A stretch of DNA of 64,000 bases from Eledone cirrhosa (Eukaryota): assembly GCA_964016885.1 (NCBI GenBank), contig OZ024741.1:90396001-90460000 (forward strand). The letters run 5' to 3'. Position numbers and translations under genes: made by a program. This document shows positions 10,010 to 22,880 of this stretch, in pieces. Each line of letters begins with the position of its first letter. Position 1 is the stretch's first letter. The notes under the pieces were generated by a model. It saw only the letters and a program-made list of their open reading frames with translations. It made no database searches and was not told the origin of the DNA.

Positions 10010-12900
10010 TTTTGATGGGTGGGGGGATACTAGCTCTGTAATCTTGGTTAGTGATCTACCTAGGAGAACAAAAACTGCATTGTAAAACTTGAGGTTCATG
10101 AAGTATTTAGTCTTGTCATACTATTTGTCACACTGAGTAGCAACTTCAAGCACCGAAAAAACGGGAGATAGTGCTGTGCAAGATACATCCATTTTGAAAA
10201 TAATATTTCGAACAAGTACACCTTGTACCCTTTCATCATTATTTAAGATGGTAACGAGAGGTTGAGAGTAACCTAAAAATTCATCCATAATTTTAATTGA
10301 AAAGTCTGTAAATGGCAGAAAGGGCTTCGGATCTTCTGGTGAACAGATCCGACCCAGCAGGTGCCCTATGATGCCATAGTTTGGGCCTGGTGGTCATTTT
10401 GCTACTGTGACAAATACAAACAATCAACTCCAAAAGAAACCGAGGGTGAGTAATGAAGTTCGCTTGTTGGAATGTACGTACCCTCTTAAACAACAATAAG
10501 TCTGATAAAGCAGAAACTTCACATGGCATTAATTGCAACAGAAATTGGTAAATGTGATCTGGACGTCATTCCATTATCAGAGACATATCTACCTGGAGAT
10601 GGTGAACTTACTGAAAAGCCATTAGGTTACACTTTCTTTTGGAAAGGTTTGCCTGAAGGACAAAAGAGAGATTCAGGCGTTGGTTTTGCAAATAAAAGCC
10701 CAATCCAAGAATTTCCAAGCGGTGTATCTGAACGCATGATATCTTTCAGACACGAAGTAAAAGATCGATTCCTGACAATCATGAGTGTTTACGCACAGAC
10801 AATGTCACATTCCATTGAAAGCATTGAAAAATGTTATCAGCATCTTGGGAATCTGGTGCGAAATGTTCCAAGGGAAGAGAGGCTAGTCATCATGGGTGAC
10901 TTTAATGCTAGAGTGAGAGTCGATTATGCAATGTGGCCAGATTTAGGGAAGCATGGCAGTGGAAAATGTATCGAAGATGGACTATCTCTTCTCAATTTTT
11001 GTACCGAACACTAGCAAAAAGACAAATATAAAAACAGATGGATGCACCCTGGGTCTAAGCGCAGCACCTTCATGATTATATATTGGTTCGCAAAGCAGCT
11101 CTGAATGACGTCACTAGTGTCCGAGTAATGAAAGGTGCAGAATTTTGGATGGACCATATACTTGTTAGTGGGAAATTCAATTTCTCGCCCAGGTAAAAAA
11201 TCAGAAAGTTGGGATCTAAAATACCAAAGAGAATAAACACTGCAAGCTTCAAATTTCCTATGTTGGTGAAAGGTTTTCAAGATGGACTTATGTGCATTAC
11301 TCCCGATGACGACAACCTTTGTGAGAGTTTCAAGTCTCAAGTCTATGAAGTTGCATCAAGTACTTTGGGTTTTAAATCCAAGAAAGTGGCAGATTGGTTT
11401 GCTGAAAACGACTTCGAAGTGTCCAGAGTTGTGTAAAAACATTCTAGGAAAGTCCGAAAATCTCAATAAAACAGTAAATTCAAGGCTATGAAATCAAAAC
11501 TTCAGAGCAGTCTTCGGCAAATCAAGGAAAATTGGTGGAACCAGAAAGCCAATGAAGCACAGTCGGCTGCAGACTGCAAAGACTCTAAAGCTTTCTTTTC
11601 ATATATAAAAGAGGTATTTGGTCATAGAGTAACAGAGATATCCCATGTGAGATCCTTTGATTGACAACAAATCTTTACGGATGCCATATCCATACAGAAA
11701 CTACTCTGATCTGTTTAATAGGTCATCAACTGTAAATATGAACACAATTGAGAGAATAGACAACCTTCTAGTTATCGAGGAAATGTCTTCTGAGCCTTCA
11801 GTAGGTGACATTACCGCAGTATCGACGGTATCACATCAGAAATATTGAAATTTGGTGGAAAATGAATGATTGAAATGCTTCACTTACTACTTTTGCATTG
11901 TTGAAGAGCAGAGGAAGTATCACAGGACTGGGTCGATGCTGTTTTAATATAATTTTTTATAACCGGTCCTAAATATTTATGTGGTAACTTTATTTGAATA
12001 TGTTTGTTATCTGTTGGAAAGGTACTTTTGTGTATTCTTTCAGAGCGTCTTCACAAATTCATTGTTCCAAGAGCTGTGTCAGAATCACAGTGTGGTTTTC
12101 AGCCCTCTCGCTGTACAAGAAAATTGCACTGAGCAAAACATGGGGTTATATCACTGCGTTGTTGACCAGCAAGGCATTCGAAACTGTTAATAGGACGGCA
12201 TTGTCGTTAGTGTTGAGAAACATTGACTGCTCCGAAACGTTTGTGAATATGTTTAAGGCCCTCCATAAGGATATGAAGGCCCGTATTAATTTTGGTGGTA
12301 CTCTTTCAGAACCGTTCGCAGTGAAAAATGTAGTAAGGGAGGATAAGGGAGGGCAACCTTGAAAAACCACCATCACCCCTCGCCATATATTTTGTGGCGA
12401 TGTGGCCAAATGCATTTGCAACATCAACAGACGGAGTCTTTATTCTGTATCGCTCTTTAGGCAATGTGCTCAATTTGACTAGAATGAGATTCAAAGTTTT
12501 CACTTCTAAATCTAGATGATTGCGACCTAATAAGTCACACTAAGGAGTGTTTGCAAAGCCTGATCAGTGATTTCAACGCTGATTGTGATATGTTCGGTCT
12601 TGTAATTAATCTGAAAAAGACTGTTGTAATACACAACTTGCTTCTCGAATCCTCGTTAAGGGCACAATGCTAAATATCATGAATTCTTCTGAATACTTTA
12701 GTAGAGTGATACAAGCTGATGGCAAATTGGACACTGAAATCACATCTCGTTTACAAAAGGCATCAAAAGAGTGAGACCAACAATAATAATGATGAATCTT
12801 ATCCAGCGTTGGTTTTAAAATGCCTTGTATCCCCAAAGGTGCACCTTTCGAATGCTGGCTTGAAGTCACACCAATGAGCACATGATGGTAAAGTCCAAGT
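10010..12900 (+). mobile_element. Decayed RTE-clade LINE (APE endonuclease + RT), multiple stops and frameshifts
   Basis: MKFACWNVRTL, LSET, SGVGF, SVYA, MGDFNARV APE motifs; KAFETVNR and later RT remnants; 5' leader from about 10010. Confidence 0.88.
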
Positions 12901-13149
12901 TAACTATTCAAACATCGTTACAGAGAATCAGTTCCAGTGCCACAAAATGTTTGTCAGAAAATTTGCAAATCAGGTGGTGGATTGTACGACATCTGAACAT
13001 ACACAATAAGTAAACCGAAAGTGGAAACAAGAACAAAATGAGACATCATTGTATTAACTGTAGATGGGATTTTCACAGTCTTTCAGCTGCTCAAAAGCCA
13101 TTTGAGATCTCACGCCAGAAAAGAACCAGCATAAAGTGCAAGAAGTGGT

Positions 13150-13490
13150 CAAGCTTTTTTGCCCCCCACCTGGGAGTGAATGGCCCCCAGTTGTTGTCAC
13201 AGCATCTTTCCAGGAGAGGGAAACTGTAGGAAAAAAAAATACCTGTGGCTTCAGAAGCATCCGATGATGTTGACCAGTTCTCCTTTTCGGGTAGCGTTTT
13301 CGATGCTCAAAGAGTGGCATTAGTCGAGTGCAAGGCCTTTCCCCACTTAAAAAAACTTCAAAGCACAGGCATTGCTTGTTCAGGATATGTTACAGGTTCG
13401 TGTGGCTGGCCGTAGCCTAAAAGTGCACCAAACTCTAATCTGACAAGCGATTGCAATACTCTTAGCAGAGTCTGCAGTCATCATATGGAT
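13150..13490 (+). mobile_element. Diverged copy of the 'ctaggagaagg' non-coding family
   Basis: ccaggagagggaaactg...ccgatgatgttgaccagttctcctttt...gcacaggcattgct...gcagtcatcatatggatgtatg. Confidence 0.6.
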
Positions 13491-13539
13491 GTATGTATAT
13501 ATGCATGGGAATATGCATACACGCATACGAATATATATG

Positions 13540-14089
<550 letters not shown>

Positions 14090-14105
14090 TATATATATAT
14101 ATATG

Positions 14106-14200
<95 letters not shown>

Positions 14201-14297
14201 TTGCGAGGTTTTTTATATGAAATCGTGTGTCGAAACAAATATTGTTATACATGGGGAGGGTCATATTTGTGTAATATTGCCAGAATTAATAACAGAA

Positions 14298-15086
14298 ATG
14301 GAAAGACACATCCAACACTTCATCAACCGCATGTAGTTCTCTGGCTACAACCAAAGAGACAGAGTCAGAGTATACGAAGGAGTCATGGAGAAGTATAAGA
14401 CCCTCATAGAACTGGACATGAAAGGAATTTGCCCATTATACAGGAGCAAATCATGGAATAGCTTAGATAGGGCTAGACACAAGATAGGGAAAGCCACCTC
14501 ATGGTACGACAACCAAAGATACCAGAGTGTCATGTTTGTGGACGCTACCCCTGGAGAGAAATTAGCTAACCAGTGTAGAAAGGCCCTGAGAAAGACCCAC
14601 TTGAAAATAAAGGTGGTAGAAAAGCCAGGAACCACCATAAAATCCCTGATCAGCAAAACCTACCCTTTTAAGAAAACCCACTGTACCAATAGGAAATGTA
14701 TCATATGTAAGGTGAACCCCCGGATAAACTGTAAAACTAGAAACGTAGTCTATAGCATAAGATGTACAGAGGGTACATGCAGAAACATGACAACAAAATA
14801 CATAGGTGAGACAGCTCGTAGTATAGGTGAAAGGATAGACCAACACTGGGGGGAACTAAAAGGACGAAAAAACGGGTCAGTACTATACGAACATGCTAGA
14901 CAACAACATGACAGTAACATAGACAACATAGAAATTAGAATAATATCTAAACATAGAAATGACCCAGCAGATAGGCAAATCAGAGAGGCCAGTGAAATAG
15001 AAATTAGAAGACCAAGGCAAAACAGAAAGAATGAATGGAATAACAACAACACCCAAACAAACAACACTGACCTAAGAGAAGTATAA
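14298..15086 (+). pseudogene. Penelope-like RT C-terminus + GIY-YIG endonuclease (one in-frame stop)
   Basis: FINRM*FSGY; C..C.IC; NVVYSIRC...C...KYIGETARSIGERIDQH...RQIREASEI...NRKNEW. Confidence 0.88.
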
Positions 15087-15326
15087 ATAAGTAAATAAAA
15101 TAAAATAAAATAAATAAAATAAATAAATAAATAAATAAATACACAAGCACAATAACAACAAGCACATAAACACACACTAGTCACCCATCATACAGCAAAC
15201 AAAACACTATACACACACGCAAACGCATGCGCAAAGAAGACAAAATAAACAAACAAACAAATAAATAAATAAATATATAGACAGACTGAATAAAAATGGC
15301 GTAGGCATACAATACAACAGGAGGAA

Positions 15327-15408
15327 AATATAGCACCACTGACGATGTTGCAGATGTGCAACGAAAGATTTATGATAAACTATATATATGTGTTTGTGTC
15401 TATATTGT
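15327..15408 (+). ncRNA. Degenerate hammerhead ribozyme in the PLE 3' region
   Basis: CTGACGA (15339-15345) T GTTGCA-gatg-TGCAAC GAAA, then a possible stem III and CTA; stem I is disrupted. Confidence 0.5.
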
Positions 15409-15603
15409 ATCTGTATTATTTTTGACCGTCGGTCAGTCAATGGCAACATTGAGGACCGAGTAAGTTAGATTACCAATATAAAAGACACAGAAGCGAGAAG
15501 CGAAAACCAACCATACAGTGAGTGTGTTCTGTTATTAATTCTGGCAATATTACACAAATATGACCCTCCCCAAGTATAACTATATATATATATATATATA
15601 TAT

Positions 15604-15933
15604 ACTATATTTATAAAACCATATTTATTTCATTATACATATTTCAAGGACACCAAGTTAAATTATGGTGTGCTTTCATCAGACAAAATATAATATAGAT
15701 CAGTTTTATAAATAAATATTGACAGACCCTTAAAAAATGCAACCATTACTGTTGGAAAGCACACCATAATTTAACTTGGTGTCCTTGAAATATCTATAAT
15801 GAAATAAATATGGTTTTATAAATATAGTTTCCATTTGTTAATATCGTATGTTTACTCCAAATACTTGTTGAGTGCTTTATATCAGTTATAAAAATATTTG
15901 CTTGTTGTATCCTAACAATTTAAATAGAACTTT

Positions 15934-15935
<2 letters not shown>
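15604..15935. mobile_element. Fold-back HHR element, family A (internally deleted)
   Basis: Arms 15604-15677 / 15755-15828; near-identical to 62645-63085. Confidence 0.85.
15626..15690 (-). ncRNA. Minimal type I hammerhead ribozyme (family A)
   Basis: Minus strand: tattttgt CTGATGA aagcacacca-taatttaact-tggtgtcctt GAAA tatgta TA | atgaaata. Confidence 0.7.
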
Positions 15936-15973
<38 letters not shown>

Positions 15974-15974
15974 T

Positions 15975-16331
15975 AGAAGTGGTATTTAATTTGTTGGAAG
16001 TCCGACAAATATAAATGTTTATAACTGATTTAGAGCACTCAACAGTTACTGGAGTAAATATTCGATGATATTAAATAAATGGAAACTATATTTATAAAAA
16101 CATATTTAAAATTTTAATTTTAATTTTAATTTTAATCTTAATAATTTTTAATTCTTTATTTTTTATTTCTTTAATTTTTTATCTATTTTAAAAAATTACT
16201 TATCTCTTATAAATTATTATTTTTTTTAATTTTCCCGAATTTTTTATATTTTTTCAATATCTTTTATTAGATTTAAATGTAAGTATGTATGTATACGTAC
16301 ATACATATATGTATACAGACGTACAGTAGCA

Positions 16332-16385
<54 letters not shown>

Positions 16386-17560
16386 TACATACAGGCACAT
16401 ATATATATATGTACGTATCAGTTTACGAACATTTATTATAATGTTCGCTTTGTTCGTTTGTAAACAAACGGACAGCCTGATTTATGCCGTACGGTGTTAA
16501 GGCAACCACGTCACCTTTTTGTTCAACACTGACACAGGAACGATGTACTAGTTTCAAGCTTGTTAGCTATCGTCAGCACCGTATACCCTTCTGCCAGATG
16601 GTTGAACGTTCGAAAGTATATACTTTCCTTATGAAAATTAACGGCTGAGCAGCCTAATTTGCATATCGAGTGAGTTCAGTCGGCCAGGCGCACCGAAAAC
16701 GATAAATGGAATAGAATAGAATGAAACGAAATTTCATTTTATTAGATTTATAACCACTAACTAATTCTGGCTAAATATATCTTTCAACATTTATACTTAT
16801 TTTGACAAAATAGTCTCATACTAACGAATAAATAAACAAAACTGGAGTTTTTTTCCGTATCTTCCCATTTTAAAATATATAAATATAAATATTCTTATTA
16901 ACTCAGTTAACATAATTTAATTTAACTTAATATTTACTTACATTAAATACAAAACCAATATCCCTCATAACTCATTAAAACAATAACACGACATACCCAT
17001 CTATTCATTTATTTATCTATTTATCCATTTATCTATTTATTTATTTTTTTATTTATTTATCTATTTATTTATTTATTTTTCTATCTGTTCTTCTATCTAT
17101 TTATTTTTCTATCTACTTATAACATTAAATATTATATTAGAAAAGAATTTTAATAACTAATTAATCGTAAATACACGTACCATTAGATATATACTTAGAA
17201 TATATTCCCCCAAGAGTTTTATTCATCCTCTTGTTAATTTCTTCTCTCTCGTAATATCTCTCTCGTAATATTTTTTTATTTTTTCTCTCTCTCTCTTTCT
17301 CCAGTGTCATTTAAATAAACGGTTGTTTTTCAATTATTTACATATTCATTTGCATATTCACACATAAGTTTGAATAATCCCTAATATATTTCCACTATCC
17401 AGTGAATTTCCAAACGATAAGGTATCTCTCTATTTATAAAACAAACTTTGTATTTTATCTGATGAAAGCGTACCAATGTTGTCTTGGTTGTCCTTGAAAT
17501 ATATATAATAAAATAAATATGGTTTTATAAATATAGTTTCCATTTATTTAATATCATTGT
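15975..17560. mobile_element. Larger family A-related unit with inverted ends and internal insertions
   Basis: 16066-16108 is the reverse complement of 17514-17556; HHR in the right arm; unrelated repeat at about 16260-16740 inside. Confidence 0.55.
17451..17515 (+). ncRNA. Minimal type I hammerhead ribozyme (family A), sense within the HSD11B1L intron
   Basis: tattttat CTGATGA aagcgtaccaa-tgttgtc-ttggttgtcctt GAAA tatata TA | ataaaata; perfect 8-bp stem I; predicted cut after 17507. Confidence 0.7.
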
Positions 17561-18238
17561 ATATATATATATTCTTTTATTCCTCATTTTCTCTTCCAAT
17601 GAATAACTAGCTTTCGAAACATTAAGTCTCTTTTCTTAGTATATCAAGCGTTAAACTAATATATGCCTTCACTGTACTGTATCGTTTACTGTTTGTATAT
17701 ATATATATTGTGTGTGTATTAATAAATTTATGAAATCACTTTTCAACGAGATATTTTCCGCATCTGTGGCATTTGTAACATCGGATCACCTACCAACTTA
17801 CTCAATGCTAACTGAAGTGAATTCAGGAAAGCAGAGTACTTATTTCCAGAATCAGTAGTGTAGTGTCAATATTGAACAAATTAATTAGGGTTATCAATGA
17901 AATCAATATGATTAACAACCAACTGACCATCAAATCAATTAATAAAAATATCAAAAGTGTTGTTATATAACCACAAATTAATTAGGGGTACCAATAAAAT
18001 TAATACATAATCGATAATTAAATCAATTAATAAAAATACTATAAAATATTGATATATACCCAAACCAGCGTCTCTGTCACCAAATGCCGAACTGCTGGTA
18101 TCAATTACGTAAATAAATGCATATTCAAATAGTCAGTTGCGTCACAACCCGGAATCGGCATAGTATCATCAGTGGGCATTATAAATATGTATAAATATTG
18201 TATGTGAATATATCCATGTCTCCATTCATCCATTACAG

Positions 18239-18452
18239 GAAGCTGAGGAAAAAATGGGTGGTATTGACTTCTTGGTTTTGAATCATATCAAAGTAATATC
18301 TTTGGGCGAATGGACTGGATCCCCTGACAACCTGACCATGCTCTCCAATCTCATTGATATCAACTTCAAAGCATACGTGCATTTGGCTTCCTATGCCTTG
18401 CCCTTACTTCAGAAAAGTGGTGGTAGCATCATTGTAGTTTCCTCTATAGCAG
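18239..18452 (+). CDS. HSD11B1L: HSD11B1-like exon
   Basis: EAEEKMGGIDFLVLNHI...INFKAYVHLASYALPLLQKSGGSIIVVSSIA(G); the LNHI variant of NNAG is typical of 11b-HSD1 proteins; catalytic Ser present; tacag acceptor, G|gtatat donor; phase 0/1. Confidence 0.92.
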
Positions 18453-18686
18453 GTATATCCGTTTTTCATGTATAAATAACTTTTAAGAATCTTCATGCTT
18501 AAAGAACTTATATTTATAAACAATTGTTATTTATAAACAATTGTTATTTATAAACAATTGTTTAAAACTTGGTCATAAAATAGTTACGGTTTTTTATATT
18601 AAATTGTTTAAGCCATAATTATTATTATTATAATGAAGTCCTGTTGCAATATTTATTTCATGATATTCAAACTTTTCTATTTTCAG

Positions 18687-18824
18687 GTAAATTGGCCCAA
18701 CCCTATCTTTCGGTATATTCTGCCACTAAATTTGCTCTCGATGGGTTCTTCAGTGGACTACGTATCGAATTAGAGTTGAAGAAGTGTGATGTTTCGGTGA
18801 CACTGTGTGTGATTGGGCTTATTG
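18687..18824 (+). CDS. HSD11B1L: HSD11B1-like exon with catalytic YxxxK
   Basis: (G)KLAQPYLSVYSATKFALDGFFSGLRIEL...VTLCVIGLI(G); YSATK motif; tttcag acceptor, G|gtaggt donor; phase 1/1. Confidence 0.93.
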
Positions 18825-19693
18825 GTAGGTCATATTTGGTTTTCCAGTAAATACAGTAAATACTACTATAATTTGACTGTTATATTTGTTGTTGTTTAGC
18901 CTTAGGTTAGCTTTAATAAAGTGATTCTGTTATTGACTTTTCTAAATTACTTTAATATAGTGAATGCAATGGTTATTTTGCCTTTCTAATGTGGGGATGC
19001 TCGTGAGGGTGCCTGGTTCAATCAGCGCCTTAGTCACGCCATCAGCCGTGGCAATGCTGCGAACGTATTGGCTTGCCTCAAAGTATTTATTTTACCCTTA
19101 TGATGTGATATGCAGCCAATTGGTGCACTTGGTGTTGAATTGAAGGTCGTTTTTATTTTGCACCCCGTCTTTTTTCTATTTTCTTTTTTTTTCTTCTATT
19201 TATTTCTCTCTTTAAAGCGTTTATATTTGTGTTTATCAACGCTATTATATTTATAATGTTCTTCTGATCGAATTGCGAGCAATTTATAATGTTTTATTTA
19301 TTTATTTTTTTATTTATTATTTACGCATTTGTAATGTTATTTATACAACTGTGAATAAAAGGTGGGCAACATATTGTATATCATAGATGTAAGCATAGCT
19401 GTGTGATTCATAAGTCTGCTTTGCAACCATTTGGTTTTGGGTTTCATCCCACTGCACAGTATAGTAGACAAATATCTTCTACTATAGCCTCAGTTTAACA
19501 ATGCCTTGTGAGTAAAATTAGGTAATCAGAAAGCGTGCAGACACCCGTCATATATGTAATATATAAGTACGTATATATTTTATGGTGATATACATTAGCG
19601 AAAGATAAAAAAAAAAAACGTTAATGAGAAAACTGGAAGACTTTTGTTTTCAAACCACCATTTCTTCGATTAAACATTGCCCTTTCATTACGG

Positions 19694-20520
19694 TGCTGGA
19701 TTGGCAGTATTGGTAGATAATCAGATAAAATATCATTCCGAGTTCAAATCCCACCAAGATCATTTTTGTTTGTCATCCTTCTGGGGTCGATAAAGTAAAG
19801 TTCCAGTCATGTATTGGGGTTGATGTAATCGACACCTCCTCCTCCCCACAGATTATTGGCCTGGTGTCTAACTTAAAGATTATTAACTATTTCTGTCTCA
19901 CTGCATGTCTACTTCCTATTATTAGGGCACAGGGCGGTGGATTGGCAGTATCGGCAGAAGGTCGGACGCCATGCTTTGACGCATTGAGTTACGGCCCTTG
20001 CCATTCTGAGTTCAAATCCTGCCGAGGTTAACTTTGCCTTTCATCCTTACGAGGTCGATAAAATAAAGTACCAGTAATACACTGGGGTAATAGCTGGCCT
20101 TGTGCCAAAAGTAGAAACAATTATTAGGGCAGCATCGATAGAGCGTCGGACACCATGCTTCACAGCATAGTTGCGTCCCTTTACGTTCTGAGTTCAAATC
20201 CCGCCGAGATTAACTTTGCCTTTCATCTTTACGGGGGTTGATAAAATAAAGTACCAGTCACGCACTGGGGTCGATTTAAGCGACTTTCCCTTCCCCCCAA
20301 ATTACTGGCCTTGTGCCTATATAAGAAACCAGGGCGGTGGATTGGCAGTATCGGTAGAGAGTCGGACACCATGCTTTGAAGCATAGAGTTACGTCCCTTT
20401 ATGATCTGAGTTCAAATCCCGCCGAGGTTAACTTTGCCTTTCATCCTTACGGGGTCGATAAAATAAAGTACCAGTAATGTACTAGGTAATTGCTGGCCTT
20501 GTGCCTAAAATAGAAACAAT
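19694..20520 (+). mobile_element. Cluster of four same-orientation tRNA-derived SINEs (about 19694, 19931, 20130, 20332)
   Basis: A-box tggcagtatcgg, B-box gagttcaaatcc, conserved core actttgcctttcatccttacggggtcgataaaataaagtaccagt. Confidence 0.9.
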
Positions 20521-20633
20521 TATTAGTTAAGATTTAGAGTTATCTCCCCTGTGTCTCCTGAGATGGCTTAAACATTGTTCAAACAAAATCAGTTTGGAAA
20601 CCACATTTTTATCTTTTTGTTGTGTCTTTTCAG

Positions 20634-20857
20634 GAACCGAAAATGCTGTTTCCAAATTAAAGGAGTTCCAAAGAGGATATGTTCTCGATTTAATCAAACC
20701 CGAACGACCAGAAGATGCTGCCATGGCTATTATCAAAGGGGGAGCTATGCGCAAACGAGAAATATACTTTCCTTACTGGTCTGCTAAGTTCTATACAATG
20801 TGTAGGGATTTGTTTCGTGACATTCTAGAACATTCTATAAAATATATGTATGAGTGA
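20634..20857 (+). CDS. HSD11B1L: HSD11B1-like terminal coding exon
   Basis: (G)TENAVSKLKEF...PEDAAMAIIKGGAMRKREIYFP...YMYE*; ttttcag acceptor; phase matches the previous exon; TGA at 20855-20857. Confidence 0.9.
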
Positions 20858-21074
20858 ACTAGCTTATTTGTTGTATAACTTGAGTTACTAGTCCTGTTTA
20901 CTGCCGCGCATGTAAGTATTGTTCTCTGGCTGTGTATTTATGTCATGTCTGTATGTGTGTTGTTTATGACTGTCTGTACGACGGTATATGTGTGCATACA
21001 CATATTGCAGAAGTCTTATTCTACTGCTGAAATGGTATTTACACCACATTGATAAATGGATTTAACAGAAAATA

Positions 21075-21080
21075 ATAAAA
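21075..21080 (+). promoter_or_regulatory. Candidate polyadenylation signal (alternative at about 21531)
   Basis: AATAAA about 220 nt after the stop codon. The motif is common in AT-rich DNA. Confidence 0.3.
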
Positions 21081-21707
21081 CAACAAAAACATTTATATAT
21101 CTACTTACTATGTATTTGCGCAACTACACTGTGGTGTTTTCTTCATTTCGTCTTTACTAATATAGAAGTCAGGGGTGGATAAATCGTTGCAGTTGTGGTA
21201 AAAGTATCGGATAGCTTGTAGCATTTATATACCTTCGTATCATCGCTGTAAGTATTTGTACGGTACAATATATGTATTGCTAACGCAACTCAAATTTTCA
21301 CTATGTGATCCGTGAAAACAAATTCCGCAGCATACAATATATCATCATTTCACCACATATAATTGTGCTAATATCCTTTTCTATTCTTTTTTTGTACAAA
21401 AACTATCATGTTTTATTTATTCATAATAACCCAGTTAACTCACATTTTATTTGCTCTTTAATCCAAGCCAAATTCTGTTTCTAACTCTTCGTTCTCTCTT
21501 TCATTTGATGCTGTTGAAGTTATGTAAATAAATAAACAATGTAAAGTGTTGGTGAAGTACTTCAAGAAAGAATCACTATTGTTTACACACATACACACAC
21601 ATACACAAATAGATTAAATAAATAAAAATTCTAAATATATTTATATATTTATATTGAGCTTTATCGAGGATCAGTTTTGGCGAAACCAGGGATATTACGT
21701 GAGGTTT

Positions 21708-21844
<137 letters not shown>

Positions 21845-21926
21845 GTTGTATGGTTGCATGAAAAGTGCGTCCGTAGGCGGTATGCCGGTTGAGCACTCGA
21901 TGCTCGCGCAGAGCAGAGTATAAATA

Positions 21927-22135
21927 ATACTATAAGGATAAGAAACAAGGATTCAGCGTTGCATCATAACATATTTAATAACATATTACATATGTTTCAC
22001 TATCGATCATCTCGAGGCAAGACCTATTATAGATCGAACCTGACTCTGTAATCGAAAGGCCGTGAGATATATGTAATATGTTATTCAATATGTTATGATG
22101 CAACAATGAATCCTTGTTCCTTATCCTTATAGTAT
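21927..22135. repeat. Fold-back palindrome with decayed HHR remnants
   Basis: About 70-bp imperfect arms; minus strand ...gaGATGA tcgatagt GAAA CATATG TA. Confidence 0.75.
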
Positions 22136-22145
22136 ACACACACGT

Positions 22146-22176
<31 letters not shown>

Positions 22177-22199
22177 CATACATATTCTTTTTCTTCCCC

Positions 22200-22880
22200 T
22201 CCCCCTCTTTCTTGGCGTGAACAGCCAAGCTTATGGATGTTAGCCAACAATTTTGTTCGGGGATCTACATCTGGGTCTTCTACCTGGTTGGTTTCGCCCG
22301 TAAAAATCTGTCCAGCGATACTTTCCTGAGACATTCTAACCACATGCCCACAGTATAGGAGCTGTGATCTCTCAATTCGGAGAAGTAGCGGCTATACCTG
22401 GAGTGATTCTGATCTTCGAGCTACGCATTTTATCGAGTAACGTTACTCCAAAGACCGTTCGGAGGAACTCCATTTCGGCTGCTTGTATTCGCGATCGCAT
22501 TCTTTCGGTCATTACCCTAGATTCATGACCATAGGTAAGGGTTGGCACGAATACCGAATTGAAGACAGCAAGTTTGGTTTTTTACGCTTACCTCCCTTCT
22601 GATTACTGAATGCTGAAGCTGGCACATTACTGCACCAGCTTTTGCAATTCTTGCACTTAATTCAGCCTCCTGCCTTCCACCATTCAAGGTACTTGAACTT
22701 CTCTACCTGCTGTAGTGGAACTCCATTCACATGTAGAGTGCACTGCGCAGGCTTCATTTAGAGGACGAGTGTCTCACCTTTCGCAGTACTGATTTTCATT
22801 CCAGTCATGCAGAACTCGGTATCAAACCTATCAAGTGCAAGTCGAAGATCATCTTCTGTCGATCTGAGTAACACCATGTC
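22200..22880 (-). mobile_element. Decayed RTE-like LINE 3' fragment
   Basis: Minus strand shows ADD-like, FKYL, KTKLAVF and R.WGHVVRM remnants. Confidence 0.65.

Larger units (their letters stand above)
14244..15580 (+). mobile_element. 5'-truncated Penelope-like element with inverted terminal segment
   Basis: 54-bp inverted repeat 14244-14297 / 15527-15580 (1 mismatch) around an RT-thumb plus GIY-YIG frame; lies between (TA)n tracts. Confidence 0.88.

Noticed and set aside
17600-17650. Minus-strand gagac-ttaat-gtttc GAAA gctag hairpin
   Set aside because: HHR-like stem II and GAAA but no recognisable core; too degenerate to call.
18166-18172. Minus-strand CTGATGA near the exon acceptor
   Set aside because: No GAAA or closing stems found.
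18511-18563. Triplicated 17-bp unit atttataaacaattgtt in a short intron
   Set aside because: Ordinary minisatellite with no further structure.
19931-20030. tRNA-like A and B boxes
   Set aside because: These are SINE heads: no cloverleaf, and always followed by the SINE core.
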